DNA of 57,337 nt from Reclinomonas americana ATCC 50394 (GCA_048213135.1 PS015062.1:100943-158279); one strand, 5' to 3'. Counted from the first letter of the stretch, positions 1 to 28,857 are shown. The notes: a model not told the origin generated them from the sequence alone. Translations and numbers: made by a program.

Positions 1-2184
1 ACAGTGGCCAGCTGCAAGCCGGCAGACGTAGAGTACTGTATGGTGGCGGATTGTGCCACGTGTCGGAGGGTGAGCTTGGGGACGAATCCTACATGCATAG
101 AGAGTGAGCAAAACGGTAAGTTCGGCTTGCACGTCGCCAATAAAAGCACAGACCTGCCGCTGTTGAAATAATGGCCACTTCCGGGTTCACAGAGGCACTC
201 GTCACCGTAGCGCGATCCTTGAAATCGCTGCTCACGTCAAACTGGAACGGGCCGGAGGCGGGAAACTTGACAATGTCTTGTCCGTCGGGATTCACAATGC
301 TCAGGTACTGAAAATCGGAGCGCAGCGTGAAGTAGCTGCCCATGTCCGCGCGGTTGCCGAGTCGGAGTTCGGAAACAGCGTTGTCGGTGCCCAGACCAGG
401 TGGGCGCACCTCAAAGGCAGAGCCCCAGGCCTGCACTGAGCCGGATTTGAGCGACGGTTGCTGTACCGAACCGGCCACCATGTACACGTTGCCGCCGGGG
501 TTACCCGAGCCGCCCGTGATGACCACATTGCCGCCGACACTGCCGGCGCCACCAGTGAGACGGACATTGCCGCCCACACTGCCCGTGCCACCAATGACAG
601 AGAAGTCGCCGCCGGGGCCAGCGAGCTGCAGCGAGGCGGAGAACGGTGGCGGGTGAGTAAGGCATATTTAACTGCGGAGCCAAAACTTTGCGCGCAACTC
701 CTCGCTGCCCGATCATGTAGGTCGTACCGCCTACAGTGTCGGCCGGAGCGCGATACACGGTGAAATCCAGCGTCTTGTTGCTACCGAATTGCAGCGACGA
801 TGTCATGAGGGAGGCGGTCAGGGTGCTGGCCGACGTTGACTGGAACAATCTGCGAGCGGCGGACGTCAGCGACTGGCGGCCGGAGTGAGGAGACGGTCAC
901 GTGATGATGAATGAATGCAACTTTCGAATGGCGGGCTCACGATCGCCAAAGGCAGCAGCACGGATCGATTGCAACGAGGCCGGCTGGAACACGAGCAGTT
1001 GGTCGTTGTTGCGTGCAAGAGTGAGCGTGGAGTCGTCGGGCGACGACATGGTGAAGCTGCCGGTGGAGGAGCCGCCGGAGAATGAAAGGCGCACACTCGA
1101 TGCACCACGCAGCGATATATCGGAGCCGGCCACAAATGCCGGTGCGCTTACTTGAGAGGATGCAGAGAGATTTTGTACAGTGGCCGAGCCTGTGCACCGA
1201 GAAGACAAAAAATGAGGGATAAAAGGCAAGAAACTAGGAATGGTGCTTTTTTTCGCTCACCTTGAACATTAACAGAAGGCAGGCCAAGAGTGCCGCTGCT
1301 GGGGAAAACCAGCGGCCGGCCGTAGATGATGAGCAGGGCAATAATGCCGTACAACAACAGCACGTGGAGAATGATAATGGACCACAATATGGCACGCTTG
1401 CATCGAGAGCGCGCTTCGGCCGACTTGACCGACGTCTCGCGGTCCAACTGCTCCAGCACCGACACGTTGGCGTTGCGGAAGAGGCGATCGCTGCTGCCTG
1501 ACACTGCAACTCCAGCACCGCCACCGCTTCCATCCCTGCCACCCACCACTACTTGCGATGGTGACATTACACCCGACGGGGCCGACGACAGCGGCGATCC
1601 TTGCCGGTCCATGATTGCCGGCAGCGGATGAATGGGCACCCGCGACAGGGGCGGCAACGCCAGTGGCCGCGTGGGCCCTCCCGCCGCACCGCGAATCGAA
1701 GGCAACACAGCCATGCGTTTGTCGCCGAATCCACCGTCGGCGGAGCGCGACGAGGCAGTGTCCTCGGTGAGTGGGCGGTCCGTGTCGCCCGCAGCCGGTT
1801 GTGGCTGATCGCCGACAGAGCCGCCAGTATTCGGAACGATACCCTCTGGCGTCTTGCGCGGCGGCGGTGACGGCAACAGAGACCCCGGCCGCCGCCGCTC
1901 GGTTGGTGTCGCCACGGCACCCGGCAGAATCGACGTCAGCACCATGGACTTGCCCGGATCGCTAAACGGATACACCAGCTCCGACGCCTCGGCCGCCGTC
2001 GTGGCCTGCGGTACAGCCGGTGTCGGCGGTGCAAACGGACGCCGCCGTCCAGGCGCCAACGGCTGATGATGTGCGTATTGATGTGGTGGTGGCGGTGGAG
2101 GCGGCGGTGGTGGTGGCGGCGAAGGAGCCGTCGGCAGCGCCGCAATCGCGGCCGGCGGCGGCATTGGCGCCGCCACCAACTGCA
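1..2184 (-). CDS. Multi-exon type II membrane protein (partial): Pro-rich region, one TM helix, then Gly-rich GGxV repeats; function unknown
   Basis: Exons 1261-2184, 922-1189, 699-849, 154-625 and <=88 join in frame via GT-AG introns. TM segment AILWSIIILHVLLLYGIIALLIIYG; repeats GGDFSVIGGTGSVGGNVRLTGGAGSVGGNVVITGGSGNPGGNVYMVAGS. The 5' part runs into a gap and the 3' part runs off the window. Confidence 0.7.
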
Positions 2185-2647
2185 NNNNNNNNNNNNNNNN
2201 NNNNNNNNNNNNNNNNNNNNNNNNNNNNNNNNNNNNNNNNNNNNNNNNNNNNNNNNNNNNNNNNNNNNNNNNNNNNNNNNNNNNNNNNNNNNNNNNNNNN
2301 NNNNNNNNNNNNNNNNNNNNNNNNNNNNNNNNNNNNNNNNNNNNNNNNNNNNNNNNNNNNNNNNNNNNNNNNNNNNNNNNNNNNNNNNNNNNNNNNNNNN
2401 NNNNNNNNNNNNNNNNNNNNNNNNNNNNNNNACACACACACACACACTCACACTCTCACACACACGCACCCTTACGCTCACTCTGCTCTCACTGGGGCAC
2501 ACTCACTCACGCACACAGCTACAGAGCGGACACGCCTTCTTCTCTCACACACACTCTCTCTCTTCCCATCTCTCACCCTCCACTCACTCATCTCTCCCCC
2601 TCCCTCTCTCTCTCTCCCTCTACTCCCCGCTTGTTGCGCGCGATCAG

Positions 2648-3223
2648 GGCGCGGTCAATCACCCTCGCCTCCTCCCGCCAACTCTCCCGGTCCAGGCGCC
2701 TCTTCGCGCCCTCCTCTCCCTCCTCTCCCTCCTCCTCCCACTACTGGCGCTGGAGGCCCTGCGCCACCACGTGCTGGCGGAGGAAGCGTTCGTCGTGCGC
2801 CTCCTGCGGCGGGTGGGCATGTCGCCGATGCCGTGCCCGTGCCTCTGCCGCCCGTCGCACACGTGCAGCGCCAGGCGCCCTGGTCACTCACCCCCGTTGT
2901 GCAAGTCGCTCAACATCAACAGCAGCAGCACAACAGGCAATCGTCGCCTTCGTCATCGCAGCAGCGGCGGCGACGCCCTGGATCGTCGTCGACGACAAAT
3001 CTGACCGATGTGGCCTTCCCCGACGACGACGAGTCGTACGATTTCGACGACTCGGACGGCGACGACGATGATGAGGATGACGACGATGACGACGACGATG
3101 ATGTGTCGACGGGCGATTCGACATCGACAGCAACGTCGTCGATGACGCGCCTGCGGAGGGCGCGTCTGCAGCGGCAGCGTATCATGGAGGCGCAGCAGCA
3201 GCAACAGCAGAGGTCGACGCCGG
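2648..3223 (+). CDS. Low-complexity Pro/Gln/Asp-rich exon on a gap-bounded contig; possibly a mis-oriented piece of the minus-strand gene at 1-2184
   Basis: Pyrimidine tract plus CAG acceptor at 2645-2647, then an open frame (PPLPPLPPPP...DDDDEDDDD...QQQQQQ) running into the gap at 3224. Confidence 0.45.
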
Positions 3224-4426
3224 NNNNNNNNNNNNNNNNNNNNNNNNNNNNNNNNNNNNNNNNNNNNNNNNNNNNNNNNNNNNNNNNNNNNNNNNNNNNN
3301 NNNNNNNNNNNNNNNNNNNNNNNNNNNNNNNNNNNNNNNNNNNNNNNNNNNNNNNNNNNNNNNNNNNNNNNNNNNNNNNNNNNNNNNNNNNNNNNNNNNN
3401 NNNNNNNNNNNNNNNNNNNNNNNNNNNNNNNNNNNNNNNNNNNNNNNNNNNNNNNNNNNNNNNNNNNNNNNNNNNNNNNNNNNNNNNNNNNNNNNNNNNN
3501 NNNNNNNNNNNNNNNNNNNNNNNNNNNNNNNNNNNNNNNNNNNNNNNNNNNNNNNNNNNNNNNNNNNNNNNNNNNNNNNNNNNNNNNNNNNNNNNNNNNN
3601 NNNNNNNNNNNNNNNNNNNNNNNNNNNNNNNNNNNNNNNNNNNNNNNNNNNNNNNNNNNNNNNNNNNNNNNNNNNNNNNNNNNNNNNNNNNNNNNNNNNN
3701 NNNNNNNNNNNNNNNNNNNNNNNNNNNNNNNNNNNNNNNNNNNNNNNNNNNNNNNNNNNNNNNNNNNNNNNNNNNNNNNNNNNNNNNNNNNNNNNNNNNN
3801 NNNNNNNNNNNNNNNNNNNNNNNNNNNNNNNNNNNNNNNNNNNNNNNNNNNNNNNNNNNNNNNNNNNNNNNNNNNNNNNNNNNNNNNNNNNNNNNNNNNN
3901 NNNNNNNNNNNNNNNNNNNNNNNNNNNNNNNNNNNNNNNNNNNNNNNNNNNNNNNNNNNNNNNNNNNNNNNNNNNNNNNNNNNNNNNNNNNNNNNNNNNN
4001 NNNNNNNNNNNNNNNNNNNNNNNNNNNNNNNNNNNNNNNNNNNNNNNNNNNNNNNNNNNNNNNNNNNGTGATATCTTCAACAAGCGACCAACCGTCTCGT
4101 GTGCACCTCTTGTGTGTGTGAGAGACAGCAAGCATGGAGGGTGAGTATGTGTAAGAAAGAAAGAGAGGGTGGGAGAGCGAGAGAGCGAGAGAGACACAGA
4201 GGCATGATGAAGGGAAACCACATGAAATATAGTGTCTGGAACATGCAACCGACACGCTCATCAATCGCTCTCTCTCTCTCTCTCNNNNNNNNNNNNNNNN
4301 NNNNNNNNNNNNNNNNNNNNNNNNNNNNNNNNNNNNNNNNNNNNNNNNNNNNNNNNNNNNNNNNNNNNNNNNNNNNNNNNNNNNNNNNNNNNNNNNNNNN
4401 NNNNNNNNNNNNNNNNNNNNNNNNNN

Positions 4427-4656
4427 ACATCACGCGCCATTCTATGCAGCAACTGCAAGAACGAGCGATCGTGCAAGAACTCGCGAACATCGTGTGCGTC
4501 GGGAGTCGCGTCCACACGACGAGTGAGCCTGCAAACAGCAATTCAGTGAGAAGGGAAAGAGAGAGAGAGAGAGAGAGATGGCGGGGTGAGTGCGTCACGT
4601 AACTCGCTGAAGTATGGTCCGCGGAACCATTCCTCCAACGCGCTCAGCGATTGCAT
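4427..4656 (-). CDS. Probable first two exons of a minus-strand gene (MQSLSALEEWFRGPYFSE|LTRRVDATPDAHDVREFLHDRSFLQLLHRMARD), perhaps the 5' end of the gene at 1-2184
   Basis: ATG at 4656; intron with a GTTACG donor at 4603 and a CAG acceptor near 4529 joins the exons in frame. Confidence 0.4.
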
Positions 4657-5271
4657 GTTTGTTGAAGTGAGAGTGAGAGGACAGGCAGAGGACAAGGTGA
4701 TTGCCGATCGCTCTCTCTTTGTTGAGCAGCACTNNNNNNNNNNNNNNNNNNNNNNNNNNNNNNNNNNNNNNNNNNNNNNNNNNNNNNNNNNNNNNNNNNN
4801 NNNNNNNNNNNNNNNNNNNNNNNNNNNNNNNNNNNNNNNNNNNNNNNNNNNNNNNNNNNNNNNNNNNNNNNNNNNNNNNNNNNNNNNNNNNNNNNNNNNN
4901 NNNNNNNNNNNNNNNNNNNNNNNNNNNNNNNNNNNNNNNNNNNNNNNNNNNNNNNNNNNNNNNNNNNNNNNNNNNNNNNNNNNNNNNNNNNNNNNNNNNN
5001 NNNNNNNNNNNNNNNNNNNNNNNNNNNNNNNNNNNNNNNNNNNNNNNNNNNNNNNNNNNNNNNNNNNNNNNNNNNNNNNNNNNNNNNNNNNNNNNNNNNN
5101 NNNNNNNNGCGACAGGCGTTGCCGAGGTGAGAGACAGGGAGAAGAAAAGGAGGGAGGGATAAGTGTGTGGAAAAGTCTGTGTAAGTGTGTATGTATGTGT
5201 GTATGTGTGTCTTCTAGGCGACGGATAAGGCGACGCTTTAGTCGCCTTTTGTGACGCCTAACTCTCTCTTA

Positions 5272-5326
<55 letters not shown>

Positions 5327-5664
5327 CATTCTCTTTGATTCTTCCGTGCCGGATTGGGACATGTCGCTCTTCCTGTCTCCTCTCCTCTCTCCTCTCTCTC
5401 CCTTGCCCTCTTTTGTGTCACCCATTGGCGATTCGCGCACACAGTGTCATGGCTGCGGAGGATCATCGCTTCATTCGCGTCATGCAAGTCATGCAAGTCG
5501 GTGAGAGGAGTGCATTGCGCGCACTTGCCTTTGTTGACTGCGCTCATTCTCTTGTTGTTATCAGATATCTCCGCCGTGCTCAAGTTCCGCCGTGTCGTCC
5601 TCCACATACACGCACTCACCACTCACATTTCGTTTCCATGCGTGCTATTATTAGTGACATTGAG

Positions 5665-17115
<11,451 letters not shown>

Positions 17116-17268
17116 GCCAGGCGCGGTCAAAGTAAAATGTCGATCATGATGCTGTCTATATACATTCGGGTGGCGGTGGCGGTGGCGGGGAAGGTGGGAA
17201 AAACATTGCACGGGTGGCGGCTATCCTGCACACCCGCGCTCGATATCAGCGGGGCAGCAGTGCTCCGC

Positions 17269-22866
<5,598 letters not shown>

Positions 22867-23701
22867 GAGAGGCGCAGACGCGGAGAGTAACTATCTGTGT
22901 GCGTGGAAGTAAGTGTGTGTGCGCGCGCTGGACTTTTCTCGCGAGTGACGACGAAAATTTGTAACGGTCAAAGGGTCAACTAAAAAAGTGTGATGGTGTT
23001 GCGGCCTCCATGGTGCAACCCGCACTGTTGCGTCTGCTTGGCTTGTCTTTCACGCACGAGGTCGACTCATGGTCCTCTCTGTGTCTGCACAGGAGCAGTG
23101 AGTCGATGGTTGGCGCCTGTGCGACGGTGCATTGTGCTGCAGCAGGCGTATCCAAGAAGNNNNNNNNNNNNNNNNNNNNNNNNNNNNNNNNNNNNNNNNN
23201 NNNNNNNNNNNNNNNNNNNNNNNNNNNNNNNNNNNNNNNNNNNNNNNNNNNNNNNNNNNNNNNNNNNNNNNNNNNNNNNNNNNNNNNNNNNNNNNNNNNN
23301 NNNNNNNNNNNNNNNNNNNNNNNNNNNNNNNNNNNNNNNNNNNNNNNNNNNNNNNNNNNNNNNNNNNNNNNNNNNNNNNNNNNNNNNNNNNNNNNNNNNN
23401 NNNNNNNNNNNNNNNNNNNNNNNNNNNNNNNNNNNNNNNNNNNNNNNNNNNNNNNNNNNNNNNNNNNNNNNNNNNNNNNNNNNNNNNNNNNNNNNNNNNN
23501 NNNNNNNNNNNNNNNNNNNNNNNNNNNNNNNNNNNNNNNNNNNNNNNNNNNNNNNNNNNNNNNNNNNNNNNNNNNNNNNNNNNNNNNNNNNNNNNNNNNN
23601 NNNNNNNNNNNNNNNNNNNNNNNNNNNNNNNNNNNNNNNNNNNNNNNNNNNNNNNNNNNNNNNNNNNNNNNNNNNNNNNNNNNNNNNNNNNNNNNNNNNN
23701 N

Positions 23702-23858
23702 TCTCTTTCTCTTCTCCTCCTCCTCCTCCTCCTCCTCCTCCTCCTCCTCCTCCTCCTCCTCCTCCTCCTCCTCCTCCTCCTCCTCCTCCTCCTCCTCCTC
23801 CTCCTCTCTCCTCTCTCCTCTCTCCTCTCTCCTCTCTCCTCTCTCCTCTCTCCTCTCC
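23702..23858. repeat. (CCT)n and (CTCTCCT)n microsatellites
   Basis: Seen directly. Confidence 0.95.
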
Positions 23859-23923
23859 TTGCTTCTCTCCATTCTTGTTCTTCTTCCTCTACTTCCTTTC
23901 TCACTCTCTTGTCTTGTCGTCAG

Positions 23924-24595
23924 GCTTTCTCATTCGCTTCGTGCGGGCCTCCGATGAGCAAGGCCGTCAGTGGGCGGTGCCTGACATTGGCGCGCGGGCG
24001 CTTGCGTCGCACGCGGATGTGAGTGTGCGTGAGTGGGGATTCGAGGGCGGCACCCTCGGCGGTGTGTACGTGACTGCACGACGATCAGTGGTGCAGATGG
24101 CGGCCGACAAGGGTGAGTGGAGGGCGTGAGGCGAGACGACACACGCTGCGTCAGCAGCTCACATGCCACATCACAACAGAGATCTTTAGCCGCGTGTGGA
24201 CCCGCAAGGTGCACGTGCATCCGCGTGTTTGCGACGAGATCACGCAGCGTCTGCATGAGGTGTGCGTTGCGCTCTTCAAGGAGGCGTACAGGCGGCACCT
24301 GCTGCTGCTGACTCCGGAGGCGCTGTCGCGCGCTGTGGAGGTGTCGCAGGATGCACAGCAGTGGGCGCAGACGAGGCGGGCGCACGATCGAGTGGCGTTT
24401 GTGGTGGGCGATGATGGCGACAAGGCGTGGCCTCCATGGTTGGTGGCACTGCCGGCCACGGCATTGATGCGCGAGGCTCTACCGACTGTCATCACCGCCA
24501 CTACACCCGCGCACGTGGGGGTGGTGGCCTCGCACCTCTCCGCTGTGCTGGCCGAGAATCTGCTGCGCTACGACGAGTGGAATCGAGTCAAGTGA
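23924..24595 (+). CDS. Hypothetical protein, 3' exons; the 5' part is probably near 23010-23160 and in the gap
   Basis: Acceptor at 23923, probable intron 24019-24097, then a GC3-rich open frame ending ...AENLLRYDEWNRVK TGA. No recognised domain. Confidence 0.5.
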
Positions 24596-24672
24596 AGTGG
24601 TGGTGATAAAAAGCACAACTTCACTGTGCTCAACAACAACGAGACACCGCACGAACAGCCACCCCGACACAC

Positions 24673-26513
24673 TCAAATCTGAATGGAGCCAGCTCGTGGA
24701 TCCTCCTGCAGCTGACCGTACGGGTTCTTGACCGAGGCCGTCTGCGTTTTCTCCCACTCGCGGAACTTGGTCACGTCGGCCTGCAGGCGGCGGTTGCGGC
24801 GCACGAGGAAGATGATGATGATGACGGCAGCCACCAAAACAATGGCGCCGCCAATGGTGCCGATCACGACAGCGGTCACATTGATGCCGCCTGTGTGGTG
24901 TTGCGTACGAGGGTGGGGGACATGAGAGAGAGAGAGAGAGAGAACACGGATTGCACGCACCTGGTGGGGGCGGTTCCACAGGGCACGCCACGGGAGTGTC
25001 CATGCGGAAGTGGTAAACGCCGTGCGTGCGGTCCTCGCCATTGTAATGCATCTGCACCTGCTCCGGCGCAATCGTCTTGTTGCAGTAGAAATCAATGTAC
25101 GACGTGCGGTAGGCGCGGAGGCGGCTGTAGCTGGCGCCGTCGCGGTAAATCAGGCGCACGCCGACGGACTCGTTCATCGGATCAATGTACTCGAGCGTCG
25201 TGTTGGCGTTGAAGGCGCCGCAGTTCTTGCAGAGCGGAGTGGTGGCGGAGGCCGGTCGTCGCTGCAGCACGGCGGCGGGGCGATCGACGGGGTTGCCTGC
25301 GGAAGGGAGAGAGTGATCAGCGAGGGAGGGTGCGGGGCAGAGAAGAGTGAGTGTGCGAGTACCGGAGCATTGGCCCTGTGTGTGAGAGGCGATGAGCAGG
25401 AGGTGGGAAAAAAGGGAAGAGATACAATAATGCTCACCTTGGATGAGATGGCGGAGCAGATCATGACTTGCTGTGTGTGGGGTGGGGGGGGGGGGGGGGG
25501 GAGGGAGGAGGAGAGAGAGAGAGAGAGANNNNNNNNNNNNNNNNNNNNTACGGTACGAGCGAGGGGGGGGGGGGGCGAAGGGAGGAAGTGAGCGATCGAA
25601 ACGGAGAGAAGCGCATGGCAACGGAGGCGATCGGTAGTGCGGGAGGGGAGAGCGAAAAGAGCGCTTCACAGAGTGAAAGGAGAGAGCAGGGAAACGATCG
25701 CTGGCGAGCAACGAATGCAGGCAGTGGGGGGTCCATGCAAGAGCAGGGAAGAAACTGACAAGGAACAGAACGCAGCATGCAGTGGAACAGCGATGAGTAA
25801 GAGCATGCGAAGCAGTGGAAGCGATCGATGGAGAGCAATAGAACGCAGACTGTGATGAGGAGAGTGAAACATGGAGGCGAGTATCAATAGAGTAGATGGA
25901 GAGCAGGGAAGCGACAGACAAGGAACAGAACGCAGAATGCGGTGGACAAAAGCTGAGCAAGAAACATGTGAAACCGGTGGAAGCGATCGATGGAGAGCAA
26001 CAGAACGCAAACTGTGATGAGGAGAGTGAACCATGGAGGGGAGTAACGACTGAGTGAACGGAGAGCAGGGAAGCGACTGACAAGGAACAAAATGCAGAAT
26101 GCAGTGGAACAGCGATGAGTAAGGAACATGCGAAGCGGTGGAAGCGATCGCTGGCGAGCAACAGAACGCAGATTGTGATGAAGGAGAGTGAATCATGGAG
26201 GGGGTGACGAAGGAGAGTGAATCATGGAGGGGAGTAACGACTGAGTGGGGAAACGATCGCAGGCGAGCAACAGAACGCAGACTGTGGCGGAACTATCGAC
26301 AGGAGCAATACAGAGCGGAATGGAGAGTAGGATCGCGACGAATAAAAGCGATGAAGAGCTCCTCAAGATAAAGGAGACAGCGCGAGTAAAGAGCGGGGAA
26401 GCGATCGATAGCAAGCAACAGAACGATCGAGATGAAGCGAAATGAAAAGCGATCACTAATGCGCAGCACACCAGAGAAGCTCTCTCTCTCTCTCACTCAC
26501 TCACTCACTCACG

Positions 26514-26558
<45 letters not shown>

Positions 26559-27145
26559 GAGAGAGAGAGATCACATAAAACCAAGACCCGATCACACCAC
26601 TGCTGCACTTACGCAACGTACTCATAACCCGGCGGATCCAGATCCTCATCGCCAAACACCGCGCGATTATACCCACTGACACACATCATCACAAGCATCA
26701 GCATCCGCATCGCAGACACACGTGGTCGGCCTCACACAAGAACGAAAGTGGACATTGCACACGTGCAAAACAAACAAACACACACACACTTGCACACTCA
26801 CTCACTCACTCACTCACTCACTCACTCACACACACACACACACACATACACTCACTCACTCTCACACACTTTCTCTCACTTTCTCTCTCTTGCGCAACGC
26901 AACGTCAGCGAGCTGAGATCGGTCTTTCCGATCGCGCATGAGAAGGGAGTGACTGCAGTGGAGTGCACTGCGACTGCCTGCGCCTGCTCATTGCTGGTGT
27001 CGTCATCGGCGTCGAGGTAATCATAAGCAACTTCGGAGCCGTCGGCTTGGTAGCGTCGCGATGGTGGTGTGCTGGAGGCGGCAAGGCACAGCGCGAGGCA
27101 TAGTGCGAGAACGCACACAAGGAGCGGAAGCGATCGAGCTCGCAT
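24673..27145 (-). CDS. Type I membrane protein with a mannose-6-phosphate receptor homology (MRH/ATG27-like) domain
   Basis: Signal peptide MRARSLPLLVCVLALCLALCLAAS; CAIGKTDLSSL; YEYQVMIC; GVRLIYRDG; RTSYIDFYC; YHFRMDTPVACP; TM helix; cytosolic NPYGQL (YxxL sorting motif). Confidence 0.8.
25680..26290. repeat. Degenerate ~161-162-bp tandem repeat in an MRH-gene intron
   Basis: GAAGCGATCG anchors at 25818, 25980 and 26141; partial copies at ~25691 and ~26250. Confidence 0.85.
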
Positions 27146-27328
27146 GCTCCACCCGAGACAGATAAGAGATCCGTTTTGTCCTGCACTTGTGCAAGTCACA
27201 GACCCGGTGTCGAAGAGCGCAGGTATCTGTGGTGCGCAGGGGCAGCGAAGGCTGCAGAACCTGGCCTCGCAGAGTGATCGATTTTGGCCGAAAAAGCGCG
27301 ACGTCGCGATGGACAGCCGATGAAAATT

Positions 27329-27428
27329 AGTTTCTCCTTCTCCTCCTTCTCCTCCCTTGCAGCTGCCACTGTCCTCCTCAGCGCATGATCTCTACCGCAC
27401 TCATCGTCCATCGTCCTGTGCGACAACT
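27329..27428 (+). repeat. Direct repeat copy 1, upstream of the RNA ligase gene
   Basis: CTCCCTTGCAGCTGCCACTG-CCTCCTCAGCGCATGATCTC...CATCGTCCTGTGCGACAACT matches 28858-28972. Confidence 0.9.
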
Positions 27429-27542
27429 ACTGTTATGTAAACGCGCGTCCACACAAGCAAAACACTTCATTCACCTCACATGCGACAAACGCCCACACTT
27501 TTTCATGCGTCTTGCCAGACTGCTCGCTTCTTTTTGAGGACC

Positions 27543-28853
27543 ATGTCTGTGCACGTGCGCGCGCCACCCTTCCTGCCCTACCCCAGCTTCGACAACTACT
27601 CCGAGAAGTTGTTCCACCGCGGGTTGCGCAATGGCGACGAGGATGGCTGCGTATACAACACGCGTGGCCGTTTGCACCCAGGCGCCCCGTGTGTGGTGAC
27701 GGAGAAACTGCACGGCGCCAACTGCTCCGTTATCGTGCCGTTGACTGCAGATGCAGTGGTGGACGACGACCTGCCGTTGCACGTGGCCTCGCGCAGTGTG
27801 GCCTTGGGTCCTCTTGTCATCCAACCGGCGGGAGAGGGCCGCAGCGAACCGCATTTGTTTGGAGCCTGGTCTCACCTGCACTCACTGGCGCCGGCCTTTC
27901 GTCGGTTTGTGCGCGAACTGGAGCGTCCGTTGCCACTGCCCGATGCCGTGTCGGTGCAGTTTTACGGGGAGGTGTATGGCGCTGGCATCCAGAAGGGTGT
28001 CGGTGCGCACTACCGCCATGACAAGGCCTTTGCCATTTTCGACGTGGCGGTGGTGGCCCCGCAGCCGGCAGGTTCAGCGGCGGAGGACGTCGATCGCGAC
28101 GAGCTGAAGGACGATGGAGAAGAACTACGCCGACTGCAGGCGCATTTCCTGCCGCTGGATCAAGTGCAGGCTTTGTGCGAGTTGGTGGGCCTGCACTACG
28201 TGACCACGATCTTTGCCGGCCCTCTGGCCGAGTGCGTGCAGTGGTCGCTGGATCACTTGCGGGAGCCGACGGGAATTCCGGCGCTGGTGCTGAAGGACGA
28301 CCCCGCGGCGCTGGCGGCGATTCCGCCGTACGTGCGCGAGGGTCACGTCATCCGCCAGACGGAGCCCTTGGTGCATGTGAGTGAGTACAAGAGCGGCCGG
28401 CGCTGTGTGTGGGTCAACTACTACGCTCGCTGCAAGCACAAGGGCGAGCTGGTCTTTGGCAAGAACGAGCTTCATGCGGCGGCCGGTGCTGCGAAGAAGC
28501 CTGCGCCGCGCAAGCTCAAGATGACGCCGCGCATAATGGCCCTTCGCCTGGTCACCGCTGACCGTCTCCGCTGCCTGCTGGACAAGTACAACCGTCAGTG
28601 GTCGGCACTCGAGTCGGAGGAAGCGTGGGTAGACCTGTTGTGCCGCGACGCTTTGGAGGAGTGCCGTGAGGTGCTGGTGCCGGCGGCACAGGCGGCTGCT
28701 GGAGGAGGCAGCTCTTCGACGGATCCGGCGGATCCGGAGGAGGAGGAGCTGCCGGCGGACCCCACCGCTGAGATGCTCCGCAGGGGTCGCCAGGTGCTGG
28801 AGAAGCTGAGGCGCCGTGGCGATGGTGGTGCTGGCGTTGGTGAAGATGAGTGA
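27543..28853 (+). CDS. Intronless ATP-dependent RNA ligase of the Rnl2 family (T4 Rnl2-like, with C-terminal domain)
   Basis: N-terminal FLPYPSFDNY; motif I EKLHGANCS; motif III FYGEVYGAGIQKGV; IIIa FAIFDV; IV EGHVIR; V RCKHK; C-domain VTADRLRCLLDK...DALEE. Compared with Rnl2 motifs recalled from memory. Confidence 0.9.
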   Translation: MSVHVRAPPFLPYPSFDNYSEKLFHRGLRNGDEDGCVYNTRGRLHPGAPCVVTEKLHGANCSVIVPLTADAVVDDDLPLHVASRSVALGPLVIQPAGEGRSEPHLFGAWSHLHSLAPAFRRFVRELERPLPLPDAVSVQFYGEVYGAGIQKGVGAHYRHDKAFAIFDVAVVAPQPAGSAAEDVDRDELKDDGEELRRLQAHFLPLDQVQALCELVGLHYVTTIFAGPLAECVQWSLDHLREPTGIPALVLKDDPAALAAIPPYVREGHVIRQTEPLVHVSEYKSGRRCVWVNYYARCKHKGELVFGKNELHAAAGAAKKPAPRKLKMTPRIMALRLVTADRLRCLLDKYNRQWSALESEEAWVDLLCRDALEECREVLVPAAQAAAGGGSSSTDPADPEEEELPADPTAEMLRRGRQVLEKLRRRGDGGAGVGEDE

Positions 28854-28857
28854 ATAG

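Noticed and set aside
25680-26290. Possible CRISPR-like array (also 42140-42480)
   Set aside because: Whole units are degenerate copies with no unique spacers, there are no cas genes, and the context is eukaryotic intronic or 3'-flanking sequence.
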